In this document: piece after piece, positions 1-11,755 of the stretch
Numbering within the stretch: position 1 is the stretch's first letter
Layout: each line of letters opens with the position of its first letter
The notes under the pieces: generated by a model
What the model was told of the DNA's origin: nothing
Database searches by the model: none
What the model saw: the letters and a program-made list of their open reading frames with translations, nothing else
Source of the DNA: Neodothiora populina
Taxonomy: Eukaryota
Assembly (NCBI RefSeq): GCF_041146345.1
Contig: NW_027191410.1
Location: forward strand, 1,054,001 to 1,118,000
DNA length: 64,000 bases
Direction: 5' to 3'
Position numbers and translations under genes: made by a program

Positions 1-2
1 AG

Positions 3-1031
3 CTCGCAGGCTACACCTCGCGCGTCTACACTCTGATCTCAACTCTTCACCGCGTCCAGGCCAACGCATACTATCCACAGCGCAACATCTATCCTGAACT
101 CTACTCTCTTGCCGACGTCCAAGGCACCTTACACAAGGGTTTCGACGGCGTGCGATTCGAAGACGCACCGGTCGTCGCCCCGGGCCTCTACCCTTCGGGC
201 GGAGAATCATTGATCGAGTCTCTTTCATTTGTCGTCTCACAAAACCAACATCTCCTAATCATCGGCCCCAACGGCGCAGGCAAATCAGCCGTCGCTCGCA
301 TCCTAGCAGGGCTATGGCCAACCTACCGAGGACTCGTCTCTCGACCAAGACTAACAGGCCAAGACGGCATCGTGTTCCTCCCTCAACGACCCTATCTCAG
401 TCCAGGCACACTACGAGACCAAGTCATATACCCGCACACGGAGCTAGAAATGCGCGAAGCCGGACGCACCGAAGACCGTGACCTGCTGCCAGTCCTGGAG
501 GCGGCCAAACTAGGCTACCTGGTCGACCGCGAAGGTGGATGGGACACACGCAAAGAATGGAAAGACGTGCTGTCCGGCGGCGAGAAGCAACGCATGGGCT
601 TCGCGCGCCTGCTCTACCACGAGCCCAAATACGTAGTCATCGACGAAGGCACGTCGGCCGTATCGAGTGACGTCGAGGGACTGCTGTACGAAACTCTCAA
701 GGCGCGCGGCATGACGCTGCTTACCATCTCCACGCGCGCGAGTCTGAGACGCTATCACTCTTTCACGCTGACGCTGGGACTAGGCGATGAGGGGAATGAG
801 TGGGAGATGCTGCGTATCGGAACAGAGGTCGAAAAGGAGGGGTTGGATAAGGAACTGGCGGAGCTGAGGGAGAGATTGGAAAAGGTCGAGGAGTGGAAGC
901 AACGAAGAAGCGTCGTTGAGGAGGAGCTGAACAAGGTCTGGGTCAAGGGGAATGAGAAAGAGAAAGAGGTGCTTGCTCCGCCGCCGTATGTCGAGAGCGA
1001 GGAGACGACGGCGGCAGTGGTGGTTGAATGA
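3..1031 (+). CDS. PXA1: Peroxisomal long-chain fatty acyl-CoA ABC half-transporter (ABCD/Pxa1 family), 3' part only; 5' end lies upstream of the window
   Basis: The frame is open from base 3 (LAGYTSRVYTLISTL, typical of ABCD1/Pxa1). Walker A GPNGAGKS, FLPQRPY, TLRDQVIYP, signature WKDVLSGGEKQRMGFARL and Walker B VVIDEGTSAVSSDVE are present. Confidence 0.88.
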   Translation, partial: LAGYTSRVYTLISTLHRVQANAYYPQRNIYPELYSLADVQGTLHKGFDGVRFEDAPVVAPGLYPSGGESLIESLSFVVSQNQHLLIIGPNGAGKSAVARILAGLWPTYRGLVSRPRLTGQDGIVFLPQRPYLSPGTLRDQVIYPHTELEMREAGRTEDRDLLPVLEAAKLGYLVDREGGWDTRKEWKDVLSGGEKQRMGFARLLYHEPKYVVIDEGTSAVSSDVEGLLYETLKARGMTLLTISTRASLRRYHSFTLTLGLGDEGNEWEMLRIGTEVEKEGLDKELAELRERLEKVEEWKQRRSVVEEELNKVWVKGNEKEKEVLAPPPYVESEETTAAVVVE

Positions 1032-1408
1032 GTAGGTGGTGGGTTATGCGTGCATGATGGATATTTCAATGACCTTTTCTCTTTCGCCTTTCTGTTCTTG
1101 TATATCTCATGACTCTCTTTCTTCAGTCTTCCAGTCGTCAAAAGACAAAGACATGCCGATCCCACGACTTGAAATTCGCCACATTAGCAAAGACCTAATG
1201 CACTCATGTCGCAAAGTATGCAGTGAACACAAAACGTTGATCGCCCAAGGATCCAGTGAAAGTGATTGTCACGACCCAACAAACGAAAAGGATCCATTCA
1301 AACATTCAAACATTCAATTTTCATTCAATCTTCTCCCATCTTCCACCCGCTAATCCCATCTACAGAAGAAGAGACAGAAAAGGGGTTGCAAAGATGAACG
1401 GAAGAGAT

Positions 1409-2517
1409 CTACTGCGCCTGATGCGCCTTGACAGCCTCCCAGAGCTTAGGATCCTGCTCAACGCGCACCTCGGGCGTCGAGTCGTCGACGAGCTCTCCCA
1501 GACGACGAAGGTCCATGTCCTTGGCCAACAATGGGATCACGTACTTGTCGAAGGTTTGCCAGTAGGGGTTGTTCAGGTGGTATTGTTGGGACTTTTTGAA
1601 GGGGGAGGGGCTGTTAGTTGATGCTGGGAGGAAGGGGGAAGATGGGGGGAGTGCGAGGAGCGAAACTTACGGATTCGTGCAGATATCTCTCGACAATGGT
1701 GAAGGCGCGAGGGTCCTTGAAGTCGCGCATTGTGAGCCTGGTTGGGGGAGAGATGGTTAGTTGGTGGGTTTTTTGAGATTGTTGAGATCTCTCTTCATGG
1801 ATGAGTGATGCAAAGTGCTTGAGTTTGGTTCTTGTGCGAGCAAGCAAAGAACACAATGGTCGCTCGCTTTTGCTCTATACCATCTCTTGCTTTCCTCCCA
1901 TGCGCATTATAAGTAAAGCCTTGCCGTTGTTTTTAGAACGGCGGCCATTGGCTTCTTTCAATGCATTTGAGATTAATTGAAGGAAAGCAGGAGACGCAGA
2001 GGCTGATGAAAAGCAAGGATGAAGGCGAAAGTCCGACGGCACATCTGCTTCCTCTCCAAAGGCGTTATTCTGCTACACCAGCGACTTTGATACTGGCCTA
2101 TGTATTTCCGCCATGCCAGCCCGGCCCGCAAAGAGGAGGAACAGAAAATCAGAGATGCCAATGCGGCGGGAGGTACATAATTTGAGTACGACCCACGAGC
2201 TCCAGAGCAACAAATACATCGTGTCCATTGACCCGAATGCAATGAATCGAAGTCTCATAGAGTCTCCACTCCTTACACCACGCCGCCACGAACCGAACGA
2301 GAGAAGCAACGACAAAATTGCCCAATCACCCAATTGCACAAGAAAAAGAATAGATGACCATCAGGCAAAGAGAAAAGAGAGAAGAAAGAACTCACCAAGA
2401 AAGACACTCCTTATCATGACTGTAGACCTGACTAGCCTCCTGCAGCTTCTTAACCAGAAGATCCTGGCTCTTCTGGTCCTCCTTGGCGTAGAGGTGCACG
2501 ACGATAGTGTAGACCAT
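1409..2517 (-). CDS. Small ABM (antibiotic-biosynthesis-monooxygenase-like, dimeric alpha-beta barrel) protein, 123 aa; exons 2517-2396, 1737-1671, 1591-1409
   Basis: The spliced product reads MVYTIVVHLYAKED...SHDKECLSW|LTMRDFKDPRAFTIVERYLHES|SQQYHLNNPYWQTFDKYVIPLLAKDMDLRRL...*. Donors are GTGAGT (2395) and GTAAGT (1670), with CTAAC branch points and AG acceptors, and the frame is continuous. No single ORF in the track shows it. Confidence 0.82.
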
Positions 2518-3519
2518 TTTTGCAGCGTTTGTTTCTACGAGTGTTACAAGAGAAGTTGAATTATTTTCGTAGTCGAGGTATATGGCACAGAAGAAAAAGA
2601 GTTGGGTGTGTGTGTGTGGAGAGAAAAAGAGAAAGACAAGTAGTAAAGCAAAGGCGTCTAAAGAACTACACGTGGGTAAGTAGTTCAAGGCACAGTAGTA
2701 ATCCTTAGGTGAGTGGTTCTGTCTAGTGTGGCACGAGTCAGGTTTCTTAGTACAGTTTTACTACGTAAGGTATGTACAACACACGTCTACTGCCTCCTAA
2801 AAAAACCTTCGGATCAAGACGGTTGTCTCGTCACTTTGTCGTTTCGTTTCATTTCGTTATTGCGTGCCCCTCACCACAGAAAAAGTGCCAGAACGTCAAG
2901 GTGTATGCCAAGCTATCTTACCTTGCTTTACTGTACCACTACTTGCGTTCAACACCCAACACTCCAAGAGATCTCTATATCTCAGATCGCAAATACTTCA
3001 CTCTGCTACAGCTCAGTGGGTCAAAACACCGAGACCTCGGCGAGTAGATGATATGATGTGACACGAGAGCAAATCCGTCACCCTTGAGTCGGCCCTTTTC
3101 CTTCTCTCGAAAGCCCGAGAGGTTCATGTTTTCGATTTACCCCACTACACGTCATTGATCTGTTTGGACAGCGTCGTCGGGTCGTGTTTGCCCCTCATTT
3201 TTCTTGGGCTGGCTGGTCGTCGGCTATCGACTGACCAACTGATTGACGAAGGCACTGTATGTACTCCAATGTGTACTTTAGTGCATGCCGAATGTTCTTG
3301 GAACCGTTAGTAGTCCAGTGTCAGAGGTAGCTCATGTGGTAAGCAGGAAGGGATAAAAAAAGACTCGATGCGCTCGTCAATTCGTAGAACTCTCTTGACC
3401 AAAAAGTAACATCTAGGGTATCGATCGAAACATCAATATGCTCATCAAACTGCACGCAAGTGTCTTCTCAGGCAGTCTTTGCCTGTTCAACATCTTCCAT
3501 GGCTAGAACACCCCCTCCC

Positions 3520-6500
3520 TCATTTTGAGCTTTCACCACCGTTCTTTCCTCCCTGACTCATGCTCAATTTGATAGCTCGTTGTAAAGCTTCGTCGTCTTC
3601 ATCGACGTTATTGCCGCTTGCAACACTCGTGGCACTCTGCTTGCCCTTTGACACCATTTCCTTTCGGTGCTCTTCCTCTTGTAGACTCTGCTTCTTGATG
3701 TATTCCATCACTATCCGCTCTTCCTCGTCTTGCTTTCGCGCTGCCTCGGCTTCGGCCGCACTAGCTTGCATGACCTCGCCGAGGCCCTTTTCGTCAGGAT
3801 AATACGCGGGAGGGTCATCTTGCGCCTGTTCAGACTGCTGCTGCTTTTGCTGCGGTTGTCGTTGTTGTTCCTGCTGCTCCTGCTCCAGTCGACTGGCCGA
3901 GATAGCTCTCATGAGATCCTCTTCGCGGATCTCGTCATTGGCCCCCGTATCCCACTCGTTATCTGTACCGGATGTCTGGACAGGTCTAGTGCTTTGTTCA
4001 GCATTCTCAAGGGAGGCTTGTATGGCTTTGGCGAGCTCATCGTCGTCGGCTCCCTGTCCACCAGGATGAGCACGAGCGTACCGTTCTGCCTCGGCCATAC
4101 TTGCGGCAAGAGCGCTTCTGTAGTGCTCTTCTTCATCAGCAGCGGTCTCGGTGTAGTCTGGTGGTCTGGCTGATAGCTCTAAGATGCTGGCTCTGATCGC
4201 CCGCGCGATGAGTGCATCTTCTTCGGCATTGCCACGACTGCTCTCAGCGACCGATTCCATTATGGAACGATGCAAGTCCGCCTCTGTTGTTACTTGCATC
4301 TGGCTAGGTGCTGTGTTGGCATGTTGTAATGCATTTTCTGAACCCCCGGTAGTGGTATCTGTAAGTGTGATTGACGGTCTCTGAACGGCAGATGTACTCG
4401 TGTTCAGTGCTGGTCGAGAGGCCGCATCTCTGAAAGAAGCACCTTCGGACCCGATGGACCGCCCGGATTGATAGTCCAAAGCGTCACGTAGTCGAATTAA
4501 TAGATTCGGATTGCCCGAAGCTGATCTACTGTTTGTGCGTCTGCGATTGCGAATGCTTCGGCTGTCATTGCCAGTCGTTGTCTCCTGGATGTCGCTGTCT
4601 CGGCGGGTTCTGGCCTTCAAACGTTGCTCGGCGATCATGTCCTGCAGCTGCTCTTGCGGATTCTTCTTTTTTTTCAAGTCATTTCGCACGGAATCCCAGT
4701 TCCGTATGATGTCTTCCCTCTCCTCTTGAGTACTGGAGCGCCACTCGTCATAGCCCTGAGCTGTACGTGCCGCGATGATGTAATTTTGTACACTGCTGCC
4801 AAGGTGCTGCTGCAGTTCTTGGTACACGCCTTTCATGGTATAGGCAGGGATACCGAATATCGCTGCACCTGGCTTGAACACGATGCCTCCAATGCCCTTT
4901 CCGAACCCTTTGACAAAGCCAGCTGCGCCTTCCTTCTTGGCTCCCTCGAGCGGCTGGGTTACCAGTCCAGTGATGCCGTCATAGAACCCATAACCAAACC
5001 CCTTTCCGGCAGCCATGAGACCCGAGCGGAAGTCAGTGATTGGCTCGCTTTTACGTACGTTGTCACCGTACAATTTAGGTGCATTATGAAAGCCTTTGGC
5101 CAATCCATGTGTGAAATCCATGGGTGATTTGAAGCCAGCAGAGACAATCTTCGAGACTCCCTCGCCAGTCTTCAGTACATCGTCAAGGGTGGCCATCATG
5201 TCACGACTGCCCTTTCCCTCGCGTCCCGAATCGGGACTACCAGGTCGCCCTGTAGAGCTAGAGGCTCGCGAGCGCGATCTGGATGCTCCGGACGTTGAAG
5301 GAGATTGGCTTCGGATGGGCTCGCCGAGTTGATCACGTAAAGCGTTCGCCATGGACGAGGTACGACGTTCCCCGCTCGCTGAGGCATCTCTGGGCGTGTT
5401 GGAACCCGAAGCTCCAATCTTCGCAAAGGACTCATTAAGATTGAAGGTAGAGGCAGGGCTGGGCTTGACAGAAGATCCGACCGCCTCGGTAGGTGTCGAC
5501 GTGCCCGACACGACCTGTGATCGAGATCGCGATTGTGAGTCGGTTGATTCTCTTCTAAGGTCGCGCGAGCTTCTTTCATCCGGCGTAGTTGTGCCATCTG
5601 GCTTGGCTTCTTCTTTCTTGGTGCCATCTGGGTAGACCTTGATGGCTTTCATGGCTGCGACGGGGAAGTCTGCGAAACCCATCATCATGGTACTGATTGT
5701 ACCAATGATGGCGCCAGCACTACCGCTGATGGGATCCCACGGCCCATCGTCGGTCTCATATTCTCTGGAGCGGAATCTGTTGCGTAGTCAGTACATCATC
5801 TCATACATCAATTGCATTTGTACCTGAGTGACTTACAATTTGAGATCCTTGAAGTGCAGAAGACCTTCATTAGCCAAGGTAGTGGCAGCGAGAGCGCTCA
5901 GACCGACGTCCGTCCTCTTGACTCGCCAGACAGCGGCTCTCCTGGGGGCGAGTAGGCATCTCATCTTATCGATGTCAAGAAACTGATGGAAGTACTGAGA
6001 CCCATCCTCTGTGCCCTGCTCCTGCCTGATCTGATCTGCTAGCTCGTGAGCTCGCTCGAGACTCTCGGGCTTCAGCGCGGTGGTAATCGCTTGGGTAAGC
6101 TTGTCTGCGGTAAGCTCTTTGTGGGGGATGGGCTCTGGGCCTGCGCCGGCCTTGGCAACCATAGAGCCCCAGAAGGGCTGATCGCCAAAAAAAGGAACAA
6201 TGACAGTGGGCCTACCGTGGGCGATACCTGCAGCTGTGGTGCCAGCTCCACCATGGTGAACCACACAAGAGACGTGCTGGAACAACCAGTCATGTGGAAC
6301 GTTTCCCAGCATGTACACGCTCTCTGGCACGTCGAGCTCATCGCCACCGAAACCACCCCAACCTTTGGAGACGAGGGCGCGCTGGCCGGTCTTGCGCACG
6401 GCCTCGAAGATGAGATTAGTCATACCATTGGGATCGTCAAGAACGATAGATCCGAAGCCGATGTAGACGGGAGGTGGGCCGGCATCGAGGAACGCCTTTA

Positions 6501-7841
6501 GTGCCGGCTCGGGAGTGAAGTTGGTAGCCAAATTGAGCATGTAGAAGCCTGCTATCGTAATGTGATTGCCCCAGTCTTTAGGTTTCGGGATCAATGCTGG
6601 CGACCAACAGTAAGTATGGGGAACACGCATGCGCGCAAGCATGCCAGGAGCCCACATGAGTGAAATGGGCTCGAGGTTCAAGCTCTTCTGACGGAAACGA
6701 TTGATGATGTCTCCGAGACCTTGCCATGTCAGCATGTCCACAAGCGCATAGGTGATGAAATTGGCCAGATGCGGATCGGTATTTGTGGACTTGATGTTGG
6801 CCAAGGGGTGTGGGAAGGCCTGGGTGGGCGAGTAGGGCATGGTAAACATGATATGCAGCGGGCAGCCGAGCTTTTCAGCGCAGTGAATGTGTGCGAAGCT
6901 GGGAGGATTCGCGATGATGGCATCGGCGACGAAAGGCTTGTCTTTAGGATTGATGTTGGAGAAAGCATCATTAGTGCTGCTCGAATCAACACTCATCCAG
7001 TCCTCCTGGGTCTTGTCGTTGGCCTCGGGACCGAGACCGTCACCAGCCTCGATGCAAGAGCGCCAGCAGCCCTTGACCATGGTCGCTATCTCTTTCCGTC
7101 TCTTTCCCACGTCTCCGTTTCGGATCGTGTCGAATCCAGGCATCAGCCCTGGGTTCTTGACCATGAACGCCATCAGCTCTGCCGGGTCTCCGCCGATGCT
7201 GAAGAATTCAAGGCCATTCTCCCTCACAAAGTCGGCGAAGACGGGATGAGTGGCCAGTCTGACGCGGTGACCGTAACGCTCTTTCAACACCTTTCCGAGA
7301 GCCACAAAGGGCTGAACATCGCCTCGACTGCCGACGACATGGATGACGACGTTCAAGGGAGGCAGGGGGAGTTGAGAGGGGTCACCTCCCAACGAGGGCG
7401 GAACGTATGGTGGCGGCACACGAGTTGTGTCGAGGTGGTCAAGCTGACTACGGAGCGCCGGGACGAGCAAGCTGGACAGACGAAGAGAACTCTGGTTGAT
7501 CTCGATGTTGATACGACCATCGTCGGTCAGGGAGGCCTTGGTGCCCTCCATACCACCCATGGCGGAACTACAGAGGTCGCCATAGCGCTGTCCATTGTAT
7601 GCTGGTGGAGGGATAGCGTCTTCATCGTCTGCCACGTCTGGGTCGAAGTGGTTCCTGCTTCGTGAACGACTGAGGTCGTACAAGTTAGAAAGTGCACCAT
7701 GTCTGTCTAGCGCCAAGCTTGCACCTACCTGCTCTGTCCGCCGTTCGCAGCTGCTCTGGCCTGGTCTAGCATACTTCGAGGCAGCTCGCCCAAAGTAACA
7801 CTGGGGGTTTTGTTCCCAGCTGGTGGGTCTGGGGGAGACAT
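3520..7841 (-). CDS. Sterol 3-beta-glucosyltransferase-like (GT1, UGT80/UGT51-type catalytic domain) with a long C-terminal extension (ATG2/VPS13-C-like Gly-rich helices and UIM motifs); introns 7670-7728 and 5777-5836
   Basis: GT motifs VVGSRGDVQPF, HRVRLATH, IIANPPSFAHIHCAEKL, VYIGFGSI, NVPHDWLF, VVHHGGAGTTA and PFFGDQPFWG are present. A 60-nt GTAAGT..CAG intron joins the 627- and 722-aa ORFs in frame (DLKL|FRSREYE). The ATG at 7841 is joined through a GTAGGT..CTAAC..CAG intron. Confidence 0.88.
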
Positions 7842-8828
7842 AATATCAATAAGGACCGTGACGAGTCCACTACCAAGCCGTGAGAGCCTGGATCGGCTGG
7901 TTGGAGAGTAGCTGTGAGTACTGTATTGCTCATGTGAGAAGCAAGCGTTGGATCAGTCAGTCAATCTGCTTTCAACCATTTAGATGTATTTCGGCAAAGC
8001 GTGGTGCTTGGGTCCTGTAAGTAGCACTTTACAATATACAGGATGGATGGCTATTGTCATAAGACAAGCAGAACACCAACAAGTATAGCAAGAGGGCTAG
8101 ACCGAGAACCAAGTTATTTAAAGTCGAACGTGCCGTTGTTTGACCTTCACCTGACGCACAAAAGGTACAAGGACTCGTTCTCTGGCATGCACCGAAAGTG
8201 GAGTAGAGTTGTGTCGGACGCGCACGTCATTATTGGAGACGAACCACCTCCGTCTCCGCGTGGGCTGTGGCTGTGGCTGTGGCTGTACATTAGCCCAAAC
8301 ATGACCTTGCAAGCGACGGGCCGCTCCACTTGAGCTAAATGAAGGTGTACTTGTACTGGGTGCACTGCCGTCGGCATATTCGACGGCTCTAGCCCATTCA
8401 TTTTCCCATTCCCCTTGTCGAGAAATACCGAGACTTCTTGAGTGTCTAGTCTGCCTCGGCATGGATAACGTGGGGAAAGAGATGCCTTGGGGTACACGAA
8501 GCTTCATACAAGACATATAATTACAAAGTGAATAATGGAGGTCTTACAGACTTAAATCTCATAGCAGGGCGCGGTATTTTAGCACACTGTTGTAGGGCAA
8601 AAACCCGAAATATATTCATTGATGACCTTTTGCATCGCGTGAAGCAACCCGTGGTATAGTATCGAAAACATAGCTTTCGTCGCTCCAAACTCCTGTGAAA
8701 CCAAAAAAAGACAAAGGGAATGTTCAAAACGAAAACCACAAAGAAAAATGTGCGACCCTTGGGATATCTTTAGTTCCGCCTTTAAACTTGGTTCAAACGC
8801 CCTCGCCGAATCTGTGCCGCTTCCCTCT

Positions 8829-10140
8829 CTAGTCAATCGTCATCCGCACTTGTCCCAGAGCGTGCGCCCCCGACAGCGATCCTCCTTGTGTGTTGTACAT
8901 TTTGTCCTCTGGGCTGCCCACCTTGCGCTTCTGCACGTGTGGCTTGAGACCCTTGCCAAAGTTGGCAGTGCACCACACGCAGTTGATGAGCGTGACAATG
9001 AGTAGACATATGGTGATGATGGCGAAAGTCGTAAGACTGCGCCGAGCGGGCATGTAGTCGTTCACCCTCCTCAACGCCGACTCCGAGGATGTGTCGTACA
9101 TTCTCACAAGCTTGAAGAGGAAGTAGGCGAGCGCGGCTAGGTAGAGCACCATGGTAGCGATCATGCCCATCACAGTCTCGAGCCGAGTGAACCATGCTGC
9201 CATCAAGAGAATTACTATGGTCACCGGTATGGCGATGACTGTAAGATAGAACTCGATGTTTGTCGTGTTGCCCACCACGACCAAGAACTGAACGGTGAAT
9301 CCGAGGAAGAAGAAAAAGTCGAATTTGAGAAGAGCAATGTAAATCTGCAGGTGTATCAGCGGAGTGATCACGGGCTAAGTCAAAGAACAAGAATTGTAGA
9401 TCTGCGCTTACCTGATAGACTAGATATCTTCGCTTTAGTCGAAGATCAGCGGAGATGTGCTTGTAAATCGTCCAAGCAAATTCATCGTAAAGCTTCCAGG
9501 CGATTACACTCATAGCCACCGTGCCCAGCGCAATCACACAGGGCACGGCTATGAGCAGTGGGTGGACGCCTTCCCAGAAGTGGGCATTGATTTCCTTTTG
9601 AAATAGCAACTCTTCCACAGCTTGATTGATCTGATCGTACTGCACAGCAGCATAGATCAGCAGCGCTGCGTTGAAGCCACAAAGACCGATGACTTGAATG
9701 GTGTTTTTTAGTCGAAGTGCATCCCACACCAGACCTAGCTGGTAGATAAAGCCGAAAATGAATAACGAAAGATATGTAGGAATGGTTCGCGACTGCGTTG
9801 TCGCCCTTGCGTGACCGTAGAGACTGAGCTGAAATCGTGCGAATACAAAACTACATTGACATGGTCAGCAATGTGTGTTCAAACCCCACTCGATGAAGCG
9901 ATCTGTCCCTCACCCTTCGAGGCCTAGTGATATGGCTGCTTGGAAAATCGACACTGCTAGAAAACTCCACGTCCAGGTGGAGTTTGGCAGAAACATGGCG
10001 CTTCTGATGCCGGTAGGTTTCGGCGCTTGCGTGCCTGTGAGACCTTCGCGGTCATAGTAGCCACCGGTGACATATGGATAAGGGCTGGTGCTCCGCTCGC
10101 GACCCAAGGGTTGGTAGGAGCTATGCGGTTGACCTCCCAA
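8829..10140 (-). CDS. UPF0658-family multi-pass (Golgi) membrane protein; introns 9851-9913 and 9345-9411
   Basis: Several TM helices, with motifs WDALRLKNTIQVIGLC, LYDEFAWTIYKHISADL, IYIALLKFDFFFFLGFTVQF and NFGKGLK. Canonical splice sites restore the frame. Confidence 0.8.
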
Positions 10141-11755
10141 GAGAGAGGTGCGGACTTTGTGACCCGAAATCTTGACGACGGAGTGGCCGCGACACGGGCG
10201 GCCAGTGACGAGTATGTGATAGCGCCCTGAGGCTTTTTAAGGAACAGCCCGACAAGGAAAAAGAAAGAAAAAAGAAAAGGAGAGATGCGCAGCGCTGAGC
10301 GGCTAAAGCGCTGTAACCAGTCTGATGTCGCGCGACAGATTTGCGGCGGAAGGGTGGGATGTGTCAAGGTAGGTAAGGTAGTTGGTAACGAGCGGATTGA
10401 TGGATGGCTGTTGTTTTACACAAGGAGACAAGACAAAGTCGACTCTGCTGCTCCCAGGAGACTGCCGCAGGTGACACTAGAGCACACAATAATTGTTTGT
10501 GAGATACAAAGTAAGAAACCCCAGGTTGCGCGTGCTCAAGTGCTGACAGCCTTAAAGGAGCTTGGTGAGATGCGAAGTGCGTACTCGGCGCCCAGTCGAC
10601 AATAAAGGGTCTAGCGTTTCAGCTGGTCAAAGTAGCGGTACTGTACTGTACTCCTTACAGGCAGTAACATCTAAGTCTGGAGAGACGGAGTAGCAGAGTC
10701 CGTTGACCGGTCGTGTATAGGAGAAGGGCGACAATGCGTCAGAGACGTGCTTGAGAATGATCCTGACCAGCAAGAGCAAGCACACACACCTATGTATAAG
10801 GTAACAGCTATGTCTAGCAATGATTGCTTTTCACCTTTGGAATATATCGTTTAAAAAAGCACGTGGAGGAGGCGGAGTAAATATTGATTCCCAGCGCCGC
10901 TCTTCACGAAAGCCACCCCCCACGAACCGTTACGCGAATTGGACTTGCCGCGAGGGTACCAAAAACTCTGAGAGTGTGTGCTTGGCATTCTGTTTCTAAA
11001 CTCGACAGATGCGATGCGAGCAAGCCCTGCCCGGCATGGCAAAGCTCATCGCATCGCTAAGGGCCAATCTGCATCCTTGCTTCCTCATCAGGTGCTTTTG
11101 AGTACTACATCCCATACTTGGTGCTGCCACGAGGGCGGATGATTGACATGAAGGTGCGAGACGGTGCCTCTTGCGACTGGTGCCTCTTGCGACTTCGATG
11201 CAATGACCATGTGTAATTGCTGTAGCCCCAGGGCGCACAGTGGTGGCAGGGTACACGGTGGGAACTATCGCGTCCACATCAATCTTGGTCCAGGCTCGAA
11301 CAACGCTATTCCCTAAACGATGATTCGAAGTTGTTCAGGGGTCTGAAGGGACGCGTCTTCGGTAACGGTCGGGCAAGGTCAAATCGACCTGGGCAGCTCA
11401 CACAGCTTGGACCACCAGGGGCCGACCACTCCAGCAGGATACTGTATGAAGAGAGCCACAGGACTAGTACTGTATAATCCTCCATGTGCCCGCGCTCTAG
11501 ACTCGTATGTCTTAGTCGTGTTGAGGCAAAACTGCGAGAGGCGGAGATGATCGCAGCTCAGACACACAGTTCCTTTATCATGAGTAGGATCGATCGACGT
11601 GCATGAGTCATGATGATGCTTTTGACCGGTATGGCTGCCTAGAACTAACAGACGTGAGAGCAACATGGGATGTACATATTCGAGCTTATAGCTATTGTCC
11701 TTCGACATCATTGAGCGACAGCTGGCTATTCCAATACAAAGCGCCGCAACGCATC

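Noticed and set aside
1829..1880. snR30/U17, RNase P/MRP, SRP, telomerase RNA or TPP riboswitch as the identity of the long intron
   Set aside because: The diagnostic motifs (AUAUUCCUA/AAACCAU, CR-I/CR-V, helix 8, TAACCC template, CTGAGA..ATACC) were not found; the intron is kept only as an unclassified structured RNA candidate.
6046..7665. Long + strand ORFs (151 and 314 aa) opposite the glycosyltransferase; similar shadow ORFs opposite NSP1, CCC2, CDC20 and the MFS gene
   Set aside because: They are antisense shadows of GC3-rich coding sequence with no motifs of their own.
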